Positions 17,057-24,854 of a stretch of 31,199 bases of DNA are shown piece after piece. The first letter of the stretch is position 1; every line of letters starts with the position of its first letter. A program made the position numbers and the translations under genes. The notes under the pieces were generated by a model. It saw only the letters and a program-made list of their open reading frames with translations. It made no database searches and was not told the DNA's origin. Source of the stretch: an uncultured Ideonella sp. (GTDB lineage Bacteria > Pseudomonadota > Gammaproteobacteria > Burkholderiales > Burkholderiaceae_C); assembly GCA_964628305.1 (NCBI GenBank), contig CAZVNC010000001.1, positions 1-31,199 on the forward strand, in the 5' to 3' direction.

Positions 17057-18775
17057 CTAGCTGAACCTGGTGCGTTGCAGGGCCTGTTGCGTGATCGCAC
17101 CCAACGTCACACGCGTCGAGATCACTTCGGGGGAGAGCTTGATCTCGATGAGCGTTCCTTGTTCCCTGCCGAGTGCGGCGCGCAACGCTTCCTTGAACTC
17201 GGCAGCGTCCTTCACCGGCTCCGCATGCATGCCGTAGGCACGCGCCAACGCGCAGAAGTCCGGATTGATCAGCGTCGTGCCGCTGACGCGCTGCGGATAC
17301 TCGCGCTCCTGATGCATTCGAATCGTGCCGTACATCCCGTTGTTGAGCAGCAGGACGATCAACTTGGCGCCGTGCTGAGCCGCGGTTGCCAGTTCCTGCC
17401 CGTTCATCAGGAAGTCGCCATCGCCGCTGATCGTGAACGCGACCCTTCCCGTCGTCAGGTTCGCCGCGACCGCGGCCGGAATGCCGTACCCCATCGCACC
17501 ATTGGTTGGCGCAAGCTGTGTCTTGTGGCCCTTTGCCAAACCGTGATAGCGGAAGTAGCGGTGCGTCCAGCTTGCAAAGTTGCCGGCACCGTTCGTCAAC
17601 ACCGCGTCGGCAGGCAGTTGGCGCTGCAGCTCGGCGACGATCGCGGGCATGTCGACGGAGCCTTCGCTCGTCGGGTCCAACCCGGGTAAGGCCTCCGGCA
17701 TCAGATTGGCATCGTAGTCCGCATGCACCGCCTGGGCCCAGGTCGCCCATCGCACTGCAGTCGGTGGCACCAAGTCCTGCAACGAGTGTGCCGCCGCGTC
17801 GGCGGTTGCACAGATCGCGAGGTCAGCCCGATAGACGCGGTGCAACTCGTCGGCACAGGGATGGATGTGCACCAGCTTTTGAGACGGCTGCGGCACCGTC
17901 AGCAAGGAGTAGCCGCTGGTCGTCATCTCACCGAGTCGGGCACCGATCGCGATCACGAGGTCGCAGTCGCGGATGGTCCGGGCGAGTTTCGGATTGATGC
18001 CGATGCCGACGTCGCCTGCATACAGCGCGTGATGGTTGTCGAAGATGTCCTGAAAGCGAAACGCATTGCCCACCGGCAGCTGCCACGCCTCGGCGAACGC
18101 CTGCAGCGCGCGTGCACCGTCAGGGCTCCAGCGCCCGCCTGCGATCACGAGCGGGCGTTCGGCCGCCTGCAGCAAGGCACCCAACTCTCGCACTGCGGAT
18201 GGGGCCAACCCGGCTTGCGAGACCTCCGCGCGGGGGAGTGGCTTTGCGTCGACGTGCTGGTGCAGCATGTCCTCCGGCAGCACCAGAACCACGGGCCCGG
18301 GGCGACCGTTCATCGCGGTGGCAAAGGCGCGGGAGATGTACTCCGGGATTCGCGTGGCATCGTCGATCCGTTCGACGCGCTTGGCCAGCCCCGTGGTGCT
18401 CGGGCCGAACATCGACGTGTACTCGATCTCCTGGAACGCCTCGCGGTGTCGGAAGTCAGCGCCGACGTCGCCGACGAGCAGCACCATCGGGGTGGAGTCC
18501 TGGAACGCCGTGTGGACGCCGATCGCCGCATTTGTCGCCCCCGGCCCCCGCGTGACGAGGCACACGCCCGGGCGTCCGGTGAGTTTGCCGTGCGCTTCGG
18601 CCATGAACGCTGCGCCGCCTTCCTGGCGGCAGGTGATGAAGCGGATCATGTCGCAGTGTTCGTGGAAGCCTTCGAGTACTGGCAGATAGCTCTCGCCGGG
18701 CACGCCGAAAGCGACCTCGACGCCTTGCGCGATCAGGCATTCCACGACCAGGCTGCCAGCCAATTTTGCGGTCAT
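17057..18775 (-). CDS. ThDP-dependent enzyme, acetolactate-synthase-like fold; substrate unknown
   Basis: FGVPGESYL, catalytic Glu in CRQEGGAAFMA, TRGPGATN, and the ThDP motif GDGDFLMNGQEL...NNGMYG. RBS GAAGGAG. No regulatory small subunit gene adjacent. Confidence 0.85.
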   Translation of the reverse strand: MTAKLAGSLVVECLIAQGVEVAFGVPGESYLPVLEGFHEHCDMIRFITCRQEGGAAFMAEAHGKLTGRPGVCLVTRGPGATNAAIGVHTAFQDSTPMVLLVGDVGADFRHREAFQEIEYTSMFGPSTTGLAKRVERIDDATRIPEYISRAFATAMNGRPGPVVLVLPEDMLHQHVDAKPLPRAEVSQAGLAPSAVRELGALLQAAERPLVIAGGRWSPDGARALQAFAEAWQLPVGNAFRFQDIFDNHHALYAGDVGIGINPKLARTIRDCDLVIAIGARLGEMTTSGYSLLTVPQPSQKLVHIHPCADELHRVYRADLAICATADAAAHSLQDLVPPTAVRWATWAQAVHADYDANLMPEALPGLDPTSEGSVDMPAIVAELQRQLPADAVLTNGAGNFASWTHRYFRYHGLAKGHKTQLAPTNGAMGYGIPAAVAANLTTGRVAFTISGDGDFLMNGQELATAAQHGAKLIVLLLNNGMYGTIRMHQEREYPQRVSGTTLINPDFCALARAYGMHAEPVKDAAEFKEALRAALGREQGTLIEIKLSPEVISTRVTLGAITQQALQRTRFS

Positions 18776-18950
18776 CGCAGAGACTCCTTCAAACTGAGGT
18801 GGTACGCGCCACGCGTGTTCGCAGCGCCCGAATCGAGGTGCCGGATTCGCAGTAGATGACGCCGATCAGGTGGGTGCTCGACGCCATCTGCGGTCTTCTT
18901 GCCGAAGACTGCCGACAATGGATGTTCGGGGAATGTCCCAAGTTCGTGAC

Positions 18951-18987
18951 GAGACATGTTGCGCTATAGTTAGTATACTATCAATCA
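18951..18987 (+). promoter_or_regulatory. Candidate sigma70 promoter of the DUF2848 gene overlapped by a palindromic operator
   Basis: GAGACA (18951-18956), 17-nt spacer, TATACT (18974-18979). Perfect palindrome TAGTATACTA (18971-18980) within ATAGTTAGTATACTATCAAT. RBS AAGGAG at 18993-18998. Confidence 0.6.
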
Positions 18988-19004
18988 AGCTAAAGGAGCT
19001 TCGG

Positions 19005-19709
19005 ATGAGTGATCTGCACACGCTGGATTTCGACTTCATCACCCAGCGCGAGACCGCGCATCGCACGACCACGATCGCGCGCGCCGTCATCGCCGGTTGG
19101 ACCGCGCGCGATGTGGCGGCCATGGAGCACCACATCGTCGAACTCGAGAAGATTGGCGTGCCGCGGCCTAAGCACACGCCGATGTTCTACCGCGTCGGAG
19201 CGCGCCGGATCACGACGGCGGACCGCATCGAGGCGGTTGGTGGGGACTCGTCGGGCGAGGCCGAGTTCGTGATCGTCAATGCTCACGGGCAGTTGTGGAT
19301 TGGCGTCGGGTCCGATCACACCGATCGAAAGGTCGAGACCTACGGCATCACGGTGTCCAAGCAGATGTGCGACAAGCCGGTGGCGCCGCAATTGTGGCTA
19401 CTGTCGGAGGTGGAGGCGCACTGGGATCGATTGCAACTGCATTCCGAAGTGAAGATTGATGGTCGCAGCAGCATCTATCAGGATGGCGCTGTCGCGTCGA
19501 TGCGCAGTCCTCGAGAGCTGATTTCGCTCTTCGAGCGCGACTACGGACCCTTCGGCGAAGGATCGCTGATGTTCTGCGGCACGCTCGCCGCGATCGGCGG
19601 CATCCGGCCCGCCGAGCGCTTCGAGTTCGCGTTGGTCGATCCGGTCTTCGAGCGGCGCATCGGGCACGCCTACGACGTGGCGATCCTTCCGATCGTCGAA
19701 GCCGAGTAG
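19005..19709 (+). CDS. DUF2848-family protein (FAH-like fold, function unknown)
   Basis: VIAGWTARD..AMEHHI.ELE.IGVPRP...P.FYRV, SSGEAE, GVGSDHTDRKVE, VSKQMCDKP, FCGT. ATG 19005 follows AAGGAG; the ORF-track extension to 18870 spans the promoter. Confidence 0.8.
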   Translation: MSDLHTLDFDFITQRETAHRTTTIARAVIAGWTARDVAAMEHHIVELEKIGVPRPKHTPMFYRVGARRITTADRIEAVGGDSSGEAEFVIVNAHGQLWIGVGSDHTDRKVETYGITVSKQMCDKPVAPQLWLLSEVEAHWDRLQLHSEVKIDGRSSIYQDGAVASMRSPRELISLFERDYGPFGEGSLMFCGTLAAIGGIRPAERFEFALVDPVFERRIGHAYDVAILPIVEAE

Positions 19710-19720
19710 AAGGGCGAGGC

Positions 19721-19746
19721 GCGAGAGGTACAACGCGACCTCTCGC
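19721..19746. terminator. Stem-loop between convergent DUF2848 and amidase genes
   Basis: GCGAGAGGT-N8-ACCTCTCGC, a 9-bp perfect stem in the 43-nt gap. Confidence 0.55.
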
Positions 19747-19752
19747 CAAAGA

Positions 19753-21123
19753 TCATCTGCGCAGAGCCTGGAGTGCCGCCTCGGCCTGCTCGGCAATCGC
19801 CAGCAGACGCCGGTCCTGACCCGGGGCGCCGATCAGCATCAGGCCAACCGGTGGATCGCCACGGCGATGAATCGGAATCGAGATTGCACAGCCGTCGAGA
19901 AAGTTGACGAACGCCGGATTGCGCAGCACGAGCAGATTGGTCTTGTTGCTGACCTCGGATTGCTCGAGCTCGTCGAGTCGGGGCGCGACGATGGGCACGG
20001 TCGGGCAGAGCAGCACATCGAATGCGCGCATCTTCGGGTGCACGATGTCGTGCATGCGCCGGCGCGCTTCGAGAACATCGATGTAGTCGGCGGCACACTG
20101 CGAACGCCCGGCATCGAATCTCTGAAGAACCCACGGGTCGTACAGCTCGGAACGCTGGTCCAGCAAAGGCCGATGCCAGGCGTATGCCTCGGCGCCGACC
20201 AGCCCGCCCTTCGAATTGATGCGTGGGATCTGCTGCAACTCGGGCAGCGACGCTTCCTTCAATTGCACACCGGCGCCGGAAAGCTCGCTCAGCGCTCTCT
20301 CGAAAGCGCCGGCGACCTCATCGTCCATTCCATCCGTCGCGTAGGCGCCGATCAGACCGGCACGAAGGCCCGGCAGATCAGGCGCGGAACGCGCCTGCTC
20401 GGCGTCTTGTGCACTCGCGTCCGCAATGATGGCGTCGATCGCTGCGCAACAAGCCACCGAATTGGCAAGCGGTCCGATCGAATCGAGGCTCGATGACAAG
20501 GGCACCGCACCCTCGCGAGGGACGCGCCGGGCCGTCGGTTTGAAGCCTGTGATGCCACACAGCGCAGCGGGAATGCGGCAGGAGCCACCGGTGTCGCTGC
20601 CCAATCCGAAGGGCACCATGCCGTCGGCAACCCCGACCGCGGCGCCGGACGATGAACCGCCGGGGATTCGGCCTTGCTCGCGCTGCCAGGGGTTGCGCGG
20701 CGTGCCGTAGTGCGCGTTGATGCCGAGGCCGGAGTAGGCGAATTCGGTCATGTTCGTGCGGCCGACGATCACGAATCCGGCCGCCCGCAGCCGGGCGACG
20801 GCAGGGGCGTCGACTGTGGCATGGGGACGTCCGGCCAACACGCGAGACCCGGCACGCGTCTCCTGTCCGGCGACGTCGAACAAGTCCTTGATCGAGATCG
20901 GAATGCCGGCATACGGGCTCGGCGCGGCGCCCGCCGCCCTGAGCCGATCAAACGCACCCGCGCTAGCGCGCGCGCCGTCGGCGAATACGCCGATGAACGC
21001 GCGTGCCCCTTCGCCCGCGGGATCGAGCATCCGATCCAGGCTGTCTTCGACGAGTGCACGACTGGTTGTTTCGCCGCGCGCCAGCGCACGTGCAGCGGCC
21101 TTCAGCGTCAGTGGCTCGCCCAT
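19753..21123 (-). CDS. Amidase-signature family hydrolase
   Basis: SIKDLF (catalytic Lys), GRTNMTEFAYSGLG, PGGSSSGAA, GSDTGGSCRIPAALCG (Ser-cisSer-Lys triad). Start at ATG 21123 (GAGG upstream) or GTG 21147. Confidence 0.88.
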   Translation of the reverse strand: MGEPLTLKAAARALARGETTSRALVEDSLDRMLDPAGEGARAFIGVFADGARASAGAFDRLRAAGAAPSPYAGIPISIKDLFDVAGQETRAGSRVLAGRPHATVDAPAVARLRAAGFVIVGRTNMTEFAYSGLGINAHYGTPRNPWQREQGRIPGGSSSGAAVGVADGMVPFGLGSDTGGSCRIPAALCGITGFKPTARRVPREGAVPLSSSLDSIGPLANSVACCAAIDAIIADASAQDAEQARSAPDLPGLRAGLIGAYATDGMDDEVAGAFERALSELSGAGVQLKEASLPELQQIPRINSKGGLVGAEAYAWHRPLLDQRSELYDPWVLQRFDAGRSQCAADYIDVLEARRRMHDIVHPKMRAFDVLLCPTVPIVAPRLDELEQSEVSNKTNLLVLRNPAFVNFLDGCAISIPIHRRGDPPVGLMLIGAPGQDRRLLAIAEQAEAALQALRR

Positions 21124-21143
21124 ATCGTGCCTCGTCGTTTCCT

Positions 21144-21524
21144 TCACTGCGGATCGTAGTAGTGCATCTCGATCAGCAGCGCTCCGCCTTCGGAGCGGAA
21201 CGGACCGTGCCAGACGCCCGGCGGCCTGACTGCGTACGTGTTAGCGGCGAACTTCTCGCCCCCGGTGCCGTCCACTTCGCTGCTGACCCAGAGGTCGCCG
21301 CTCACGATGAAGACCTCTTCCCAGTAGTCGTGGATGATCTTCTCGGTGGTGAACGAACCTGGCGCCCAGCGCAGCAGCCGCGTGTGCCCGCCGCGCCGAT
21401 TCTCGCGATCCAGCGTACCAGAGATGATCTTCTGCTGAACGCCGGGCGGGAAGCCGGCAGGGGTCTCCCAGCCCGATTCCATGTCGACCTGATAGAACTC
21501 GCGATGCAGTCTGTTGACGGCCAT
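21144..21524 (-). CDS. Small cupin-domain protein (ChrR-like)
   Basis: 126 aa with cupin motifs HDYWEEVFIVSGDL and RPPGVWHGPF. Strong RBS GAAAGGAGAG before ATG 21524. Confidence 0.78.
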   Translation of the reverse strand: MAVNRLHREFYQVDMESGWETPAGFPPGVQQKIISGTLDRENRRGGHTRLLRWAPGSFTTEKIIHDYWEEVFIVSGDLWVSSEVDGTGGEKFAANTYAVRPPGVWHGPFRSEGGALLIEMHYYDPQ

Positions 21525-21550
21525 TTCAAACTCTCCTTTCTCGGTTGTGA

Positions 21551-22870
21551 TCAGTCCTTGACCCGGGCGAGGCTGATGCCGCGCACGAATCCTTTCTCGA
21601 ACTTGTCCGTTTCGAACACGCTCTCGGGGATCTGGTAATAGTCGCCCGAGGCTTGCTGCTCGGCCGTGTTGCCGTACATGTGGATCGAATCGAACGGACA
21701 AGTCTGGGTGCACAGCTCGCAGCCGATGCAGTTGTGGTACAGCTCGCCCACCGTGGCGTCCTCGGCCTGGCGCAGCGCGTCGTAGAAGCAGGTCTGGATG
21801 CAGATCGTGCAGGTCGGGTTCTTGCAGGTGGCGTCCCTAACCTCGACGTGCATGCGGTCCTTGCGGAACTGCTCGCCGTAGTCCTTCACCGAGCGGCGCG
21901 ACGCGATGCCGAGCATCGATTCGATGTCATCGTAGCCGTGGTCGTCCATGAAGGCGTCCAGGCCGTCGATGATCTTGGGCAGGAACTTGATGCCCTTGAG
22001 CATCAGCACCGAGCCCACCTGCACCAGCGGCGCGCCGGCCATGATGAACTCGACGATGTCGCGGTGGTCGTAGACGCCGTTCGAGCCGGTGATCGGGATG
22101 CCGAGCTCGGTGTAGATGCGGTGGACCCAGCGCAGCGAGAGCGGCTTGGCCCAGACCCCGCCGATGCCGGCCGGGCCGCCGAGCCGCGGCGAGCCGGTTT
22201 CGATGTCGATCGAGAAGCCGGTGTACCTGTTGGTCGCGGTCACTGCCGAGGCTCCGGCCGCCTTCACTGCGCGCGCGACCTCGAGCACCGGAGACTGGTC
22301 TGGTGTGAGCTTGATGATGACCGGAATCTTCACCGCCTCGCAGACCCGCCGCGTGATCTCGGCGGCCACATCGGGCACCTGCCCGATCATGCTGCCGCCG
22401 TGGGTGCCGGGCATCATTGCCGGGTGCGGGCAGCCGAAGTTGAGTTCGACCATTGGCAGGCCGCAGTCCTCGATCGTGCGGCAGATGTCGACCCAGCTCT
22501 GTACGGTCTTGCCGCCTGCGCTACCGATCAGGTGCGAGCCACGATCCGCGGCGTACTTCTGCAGATCCTTGAGGTACGGTATCCACTCCCGCAACGGTGT
22601 GGACGAATAGCCGGAGCGGCTATAGAAGACGAAGTTCTTGTTGACCTTGCCCTTGATCGGCTCGTTCTTCTCGTTGAGGATCGCGTACTTCGAGTTCTGC
22701 GTCAGCCGCGCCATGTCCTCGATGTCGGTCAATGTTTTGATGATCATGCCGCCGGCGCCGGCGTCGACGCACTCGCGGATCACCTCGGGGCTGTTGGTCG
22801 TCTCGATCGATGCGATGACGACCGGGTTCTTGAACTTGACACCACAGAATTCGAGAGCCAGGTTTGCCAT
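21551..22870 (-). CDS. PreA/dihydropyrimidine-dehydrogenase-like FMN protein with C-terminal 2x[4Fe-4S] domain
   Basis: F.GVKFKNP..IAS, IIKT, ELNFGCPH (catalytic Cys loop), IIKLTP, TATN, GGP...KPLSL, ITGSNGV, VQVGS. C-terminal CKNPTCTICIQTC and CIGCELCTQTCP. RBS AGGAG. Confidence 0.82.
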   Translation of the reverse strand: MANLALEFCGVKFKNPVVIASIETTNSPEVIRECVDAGAGGMIIKTLTDIEDMARLTQNSKYAILNEKNEPIKGKVNKNFVFYSRSGYSSTPLREWIPYLKDLQKYAADRGSHLIGSAGGKTVQSWVDICRTIEDCGLPMVELNFGCPHPAMMPGTHGGSMIGQVPDVAAEITRRVCEAVKIPVIIKLTPDQSPVLEVARAVKAAGASAVTATNRYTGFSIDIETGSPRLGGPAGIGGVWAKPLSLRWVHRIYTELGIPITGSNGVYDHRDIVEFIMAGAPLVQVGSVLMLKGIKFLPKIIDGLDAFMDDHGYDDIESMLGIASRRSVKDYGEQFRKDRMHVEVRDATCKNPTCTICIQTCFYDALRQAEDATVGELYHNCIGCELCTQTCPFDSIHMYGNTAEQQASGDYYQIPESVFETDKFEKGFVRGISLARVKD

Positions 22871-22932
22871 GTCTGCAATCTCCTAGGAAGGTTGGTCGTT
22901 CTGCGTGACGGTACGGCGTCACCCCGCTCACT

Positions 22933-22969
22933 CAATTGTTAGTATACGAACGATTGGCGCGCCGGTCAA
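22933..22969 (-). promoter_or_regulatory. Near-consensus sigma70 promoter for the preA-like/cupin/amidase operon, overlapped by a palindromic operator
   Basis: On the minus strand: TTGACC (22969-22964), 17 nt, TATACT (22946-22941). The imperfect 24-bp palindrome CAATTGTTAGTATACGAACGATTG (22933-22956) is centred on the -10 box. Confidence 0.75.
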
Positions 22970-22984
22970 CCCGGAGCGCAAAGC

Positions 22985-24307
22985 TCATCGCTTGATCGCC
23001 ATCTGGTCCGGCAGCCAGGTCACGAGCTCGGGAAACAGATAGATCACTCCGACGAACAGCAGGAGGATCACGAAAAACGGAAAGGCGGCTTTCGTGACGA
23101 AGCCGATGTCGCGCTTCGTCATGCTCTGCAGCACGAAGAGGTTGAAGCCGACCGGCGGCGTGACCTGTGCCATCTCGACGACGATCACGACGTAGATGCC
23201 GAACCACAGCAGATCGAACTGCGCCGCGGTCACCATCGGCAACAGGACGGCCATCGTCAGTAGCACCATCGAAATACCGTCGAGCAGGCAGCCGAGAACG
23301 AGGTAGAGCAGGGTGATCGCAAGCAGCAGCTGTCCCTGCGACAGCCCCAGTTGCCCAACCCACTCCGCGAGCGCCATCGGGATACCGGTGAATCCCATCG
23401 CGATCGTGAGGAACGACGATCCAGCCAGAATCAGCATGATCATGGTCGTTGTCTTCATCGCACCCATCACCGTGGCGACAAAGGTTCGCCAACTGAATCC
23501 GCCCTGCACGACCGACAGAATCAACGCGCCGAGCACGCCGACCGCTGCGGATTCGGTCGCCGTGGCGATGCCGGCATAGATCGAGCCCAGTACGGCAACG
23601 ATCAGCAGGACCGTCGGCACGAGGTCGGCGCTGGCCTTGAGTTTGCCCAGAAAACTCACCCGCAGGTCGTTTACCGGGATGCGGTCGGCATTGATGATCG
23701 ACCAGGCGCCGACATAGGCCATGAACAGTGCGGCCAGCAGCAGCCCTGGAATCACGCCGGCGATGAAGAGCTTGTTGATCGACACGTCGGCCGTCACGCC
23801 GTAGACGATCATGATGATCGACGGCGGTATCAGCAGCCCCAGAGTGCCGGCGCCCGCCAGCGAGCCGACGACCATCTCGATCGGATAGCCGCGCTTGTTC
23901 AGCTCCGGCATCGTCATCTTTCCTATCGTCGCGCAGGTCGCCGCCGACGAGCCAGAGATGGCCGCGAAGATCGCGGAGCCGACGACGTTGACCTGCATCA
24001 GCCGGCCGGGCAAAGGCGCCATCCATGGCGCCAAGCCGCGAAACATGTACTCAGAGATCCGGGATCGAAACAGGATCTCGCCCATCCAGATGAACAGCGG
24101 CAGCGAGGTCAGCGTCCAACTCGTGAGCGACCCGAAGATCGTCGTCGCCATCGCTTCGCCGGGCATGCGCGTCGAGTACATCAAGGTCGCGACCAGGCCC
24201 ACGCCCAGCAGCGCAAGCCCGATCCAGACCCCGATGCCCAGCAGCAGGAACATCGCACCGATGATCGCAGCCGCGAGCAGCGGCCCCTGAAGTTCAGCGG
24301 TCGGCAC
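22985..24307 (-). CDS. dctM: TRAP transporter large permease
   Basis: LPLFIWMGEIL, FAAISGSSAAT, GTLGLLIPPSI, LFIAGVIPG, ATATESAA, LGCLLDG, TPPVGFNLFV. Start set at GTG 24307 (GGAGG 7 nt upstream, overlapping the dctQ end); uncertain. Confidence 0.88.
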   Translation of the reverse strand: MPTAELQGPLLAAAIIGAMFLLLGIGVWIGLALLGVGLVATLMYSTRMPGEAMATTIFGSLTSWTLTSLPLFIWMGEILFRSRISEYMFRGLAPWMAPLPGRLMQVNVVGSAIFAAISGSSAATCATIGKMTMPELNKRGYPIEMVVGSLAGAGTLGLLIPPSIIMIVYGVTADVSINKLFIAGVIPGLLLAALFMAYVGAWSIINADRIPVNDLRVSFLGKLKASADLVPTVLLIVAVLGSIYAGIATATESAAVGVLGALILSVVQGGFSWRTFVATVMGAMKTTTMIMLILAGSSFLTIAMGFTGIPMALAEWVGQLGLSQGQLLLAITLLYLVLGCLLDGISMVLLTMAVLLPMVTAAQFDLLWFGIYVVIVVEMAQVTPPVGFNLFVLQSMTKRDIGFVTKAAFPFFVILLLFVGVIYLFPELVTWLPDQMAIKR

Positions 24308-24812
24308 GGCCCACCTCCACATCTCCATGCTGCGCTTGGACCGCCGCCCCGCCCCAGACGCGCACGGCACGCTCGGCGACCGCTGCGAAGAAGGCGACTG
24401 CACCGAACGCCATCGCCCCTTGCGGAATCCAAATCGGCAGTGCGATCAAGCCCGAGCTGCGCTCGTCGAGCTGCCAAGATACCCAGGCGAGCTTGCAGAA
24501 GTGCCAGGCCAGATAGCCGCCCAGCGCCGCGGCGATCGTTACCGCGACGCGCTCCAGTACGCTGCGCACCGAAGGCGACACGTGCTCCAGGACCAGCGTG
24601 ACCCGGATGTGTTCGTCGTTCACGAACGTGTAGGCCAGCGCGAGGAAGGCCGAGGCACCCATGAAGTAGCCCGCGAACTCATCGGCCGAGCGCGGGATGT
24701 AGGGCGCGAACTGCCCGCCGAGCTGGTACAGGATCATCACCTCGATGGCGACGAAGCTGAGCGCGCCCAGAAAGGCGGATGCCCCGATGATCAAGCGCAG
24801 CACGGCGTTCAT
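24294..24812 (-). CDS. dctQ: TRAP transporter small permease
   Basis: 172 aa, four hydrophobic segments, ADEFAGY, FLALAYTF...EHIRVTL, IWIPQ. Lies between dctP and dctM. Confidence 0.85.
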   Translation of the reverse strand: MNAVLRLIIGASAFLGALSFVAIEVMILYQLGGQFAPYIPRSADEFAGYFMGASAFLALAYTFVNDEHIRVTLVLEHVSPSVRSVLERVAVTIAAALGGYLAWHFCKLAWVSWQLDERSSGLIALPIWIPQGAMAFGAVAFFAAVAERAVRVWGGAAVQAQHGDVEVGRADR

Positions 24813-24854
24813 CCTGCAGGCCCCCTGGCGATTCGCCGATGTATCGATCCGCGT

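Noticed and set aside
17057-18775. Biosynthetic acetolactate synthase (ilvB/ilvI)
   Set aside because: No small subunit or ilvC neighbours; context is catabolic. Fold similarity alone does not fix the function.
19753-21123. Glu-tRNA amidotransferase subunit A (gatA)
   Set aside because: No gatB or gatC adjacent; it lies in a catabolic operon and fits the generic amidase signature.
21551-22870. Standard reductive pyrimidine degradation (preTA/pyd) or pyrD
   Set aside because: No preT, dihydropyrimidinase or ureidopropionase nearby; uracil-binding positions appear substituted; the C-terminal Fe-S domain argues against a plain PyrD. Not fully excluded.
22905-22922. Hairpin GTGACG-N6-CGTCAC in the leader of the PreA-like gene as a riboswitch or attenuator
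   Set aside because: Only a 6-bp stem in a short leader, which is common by chance at this GC content.
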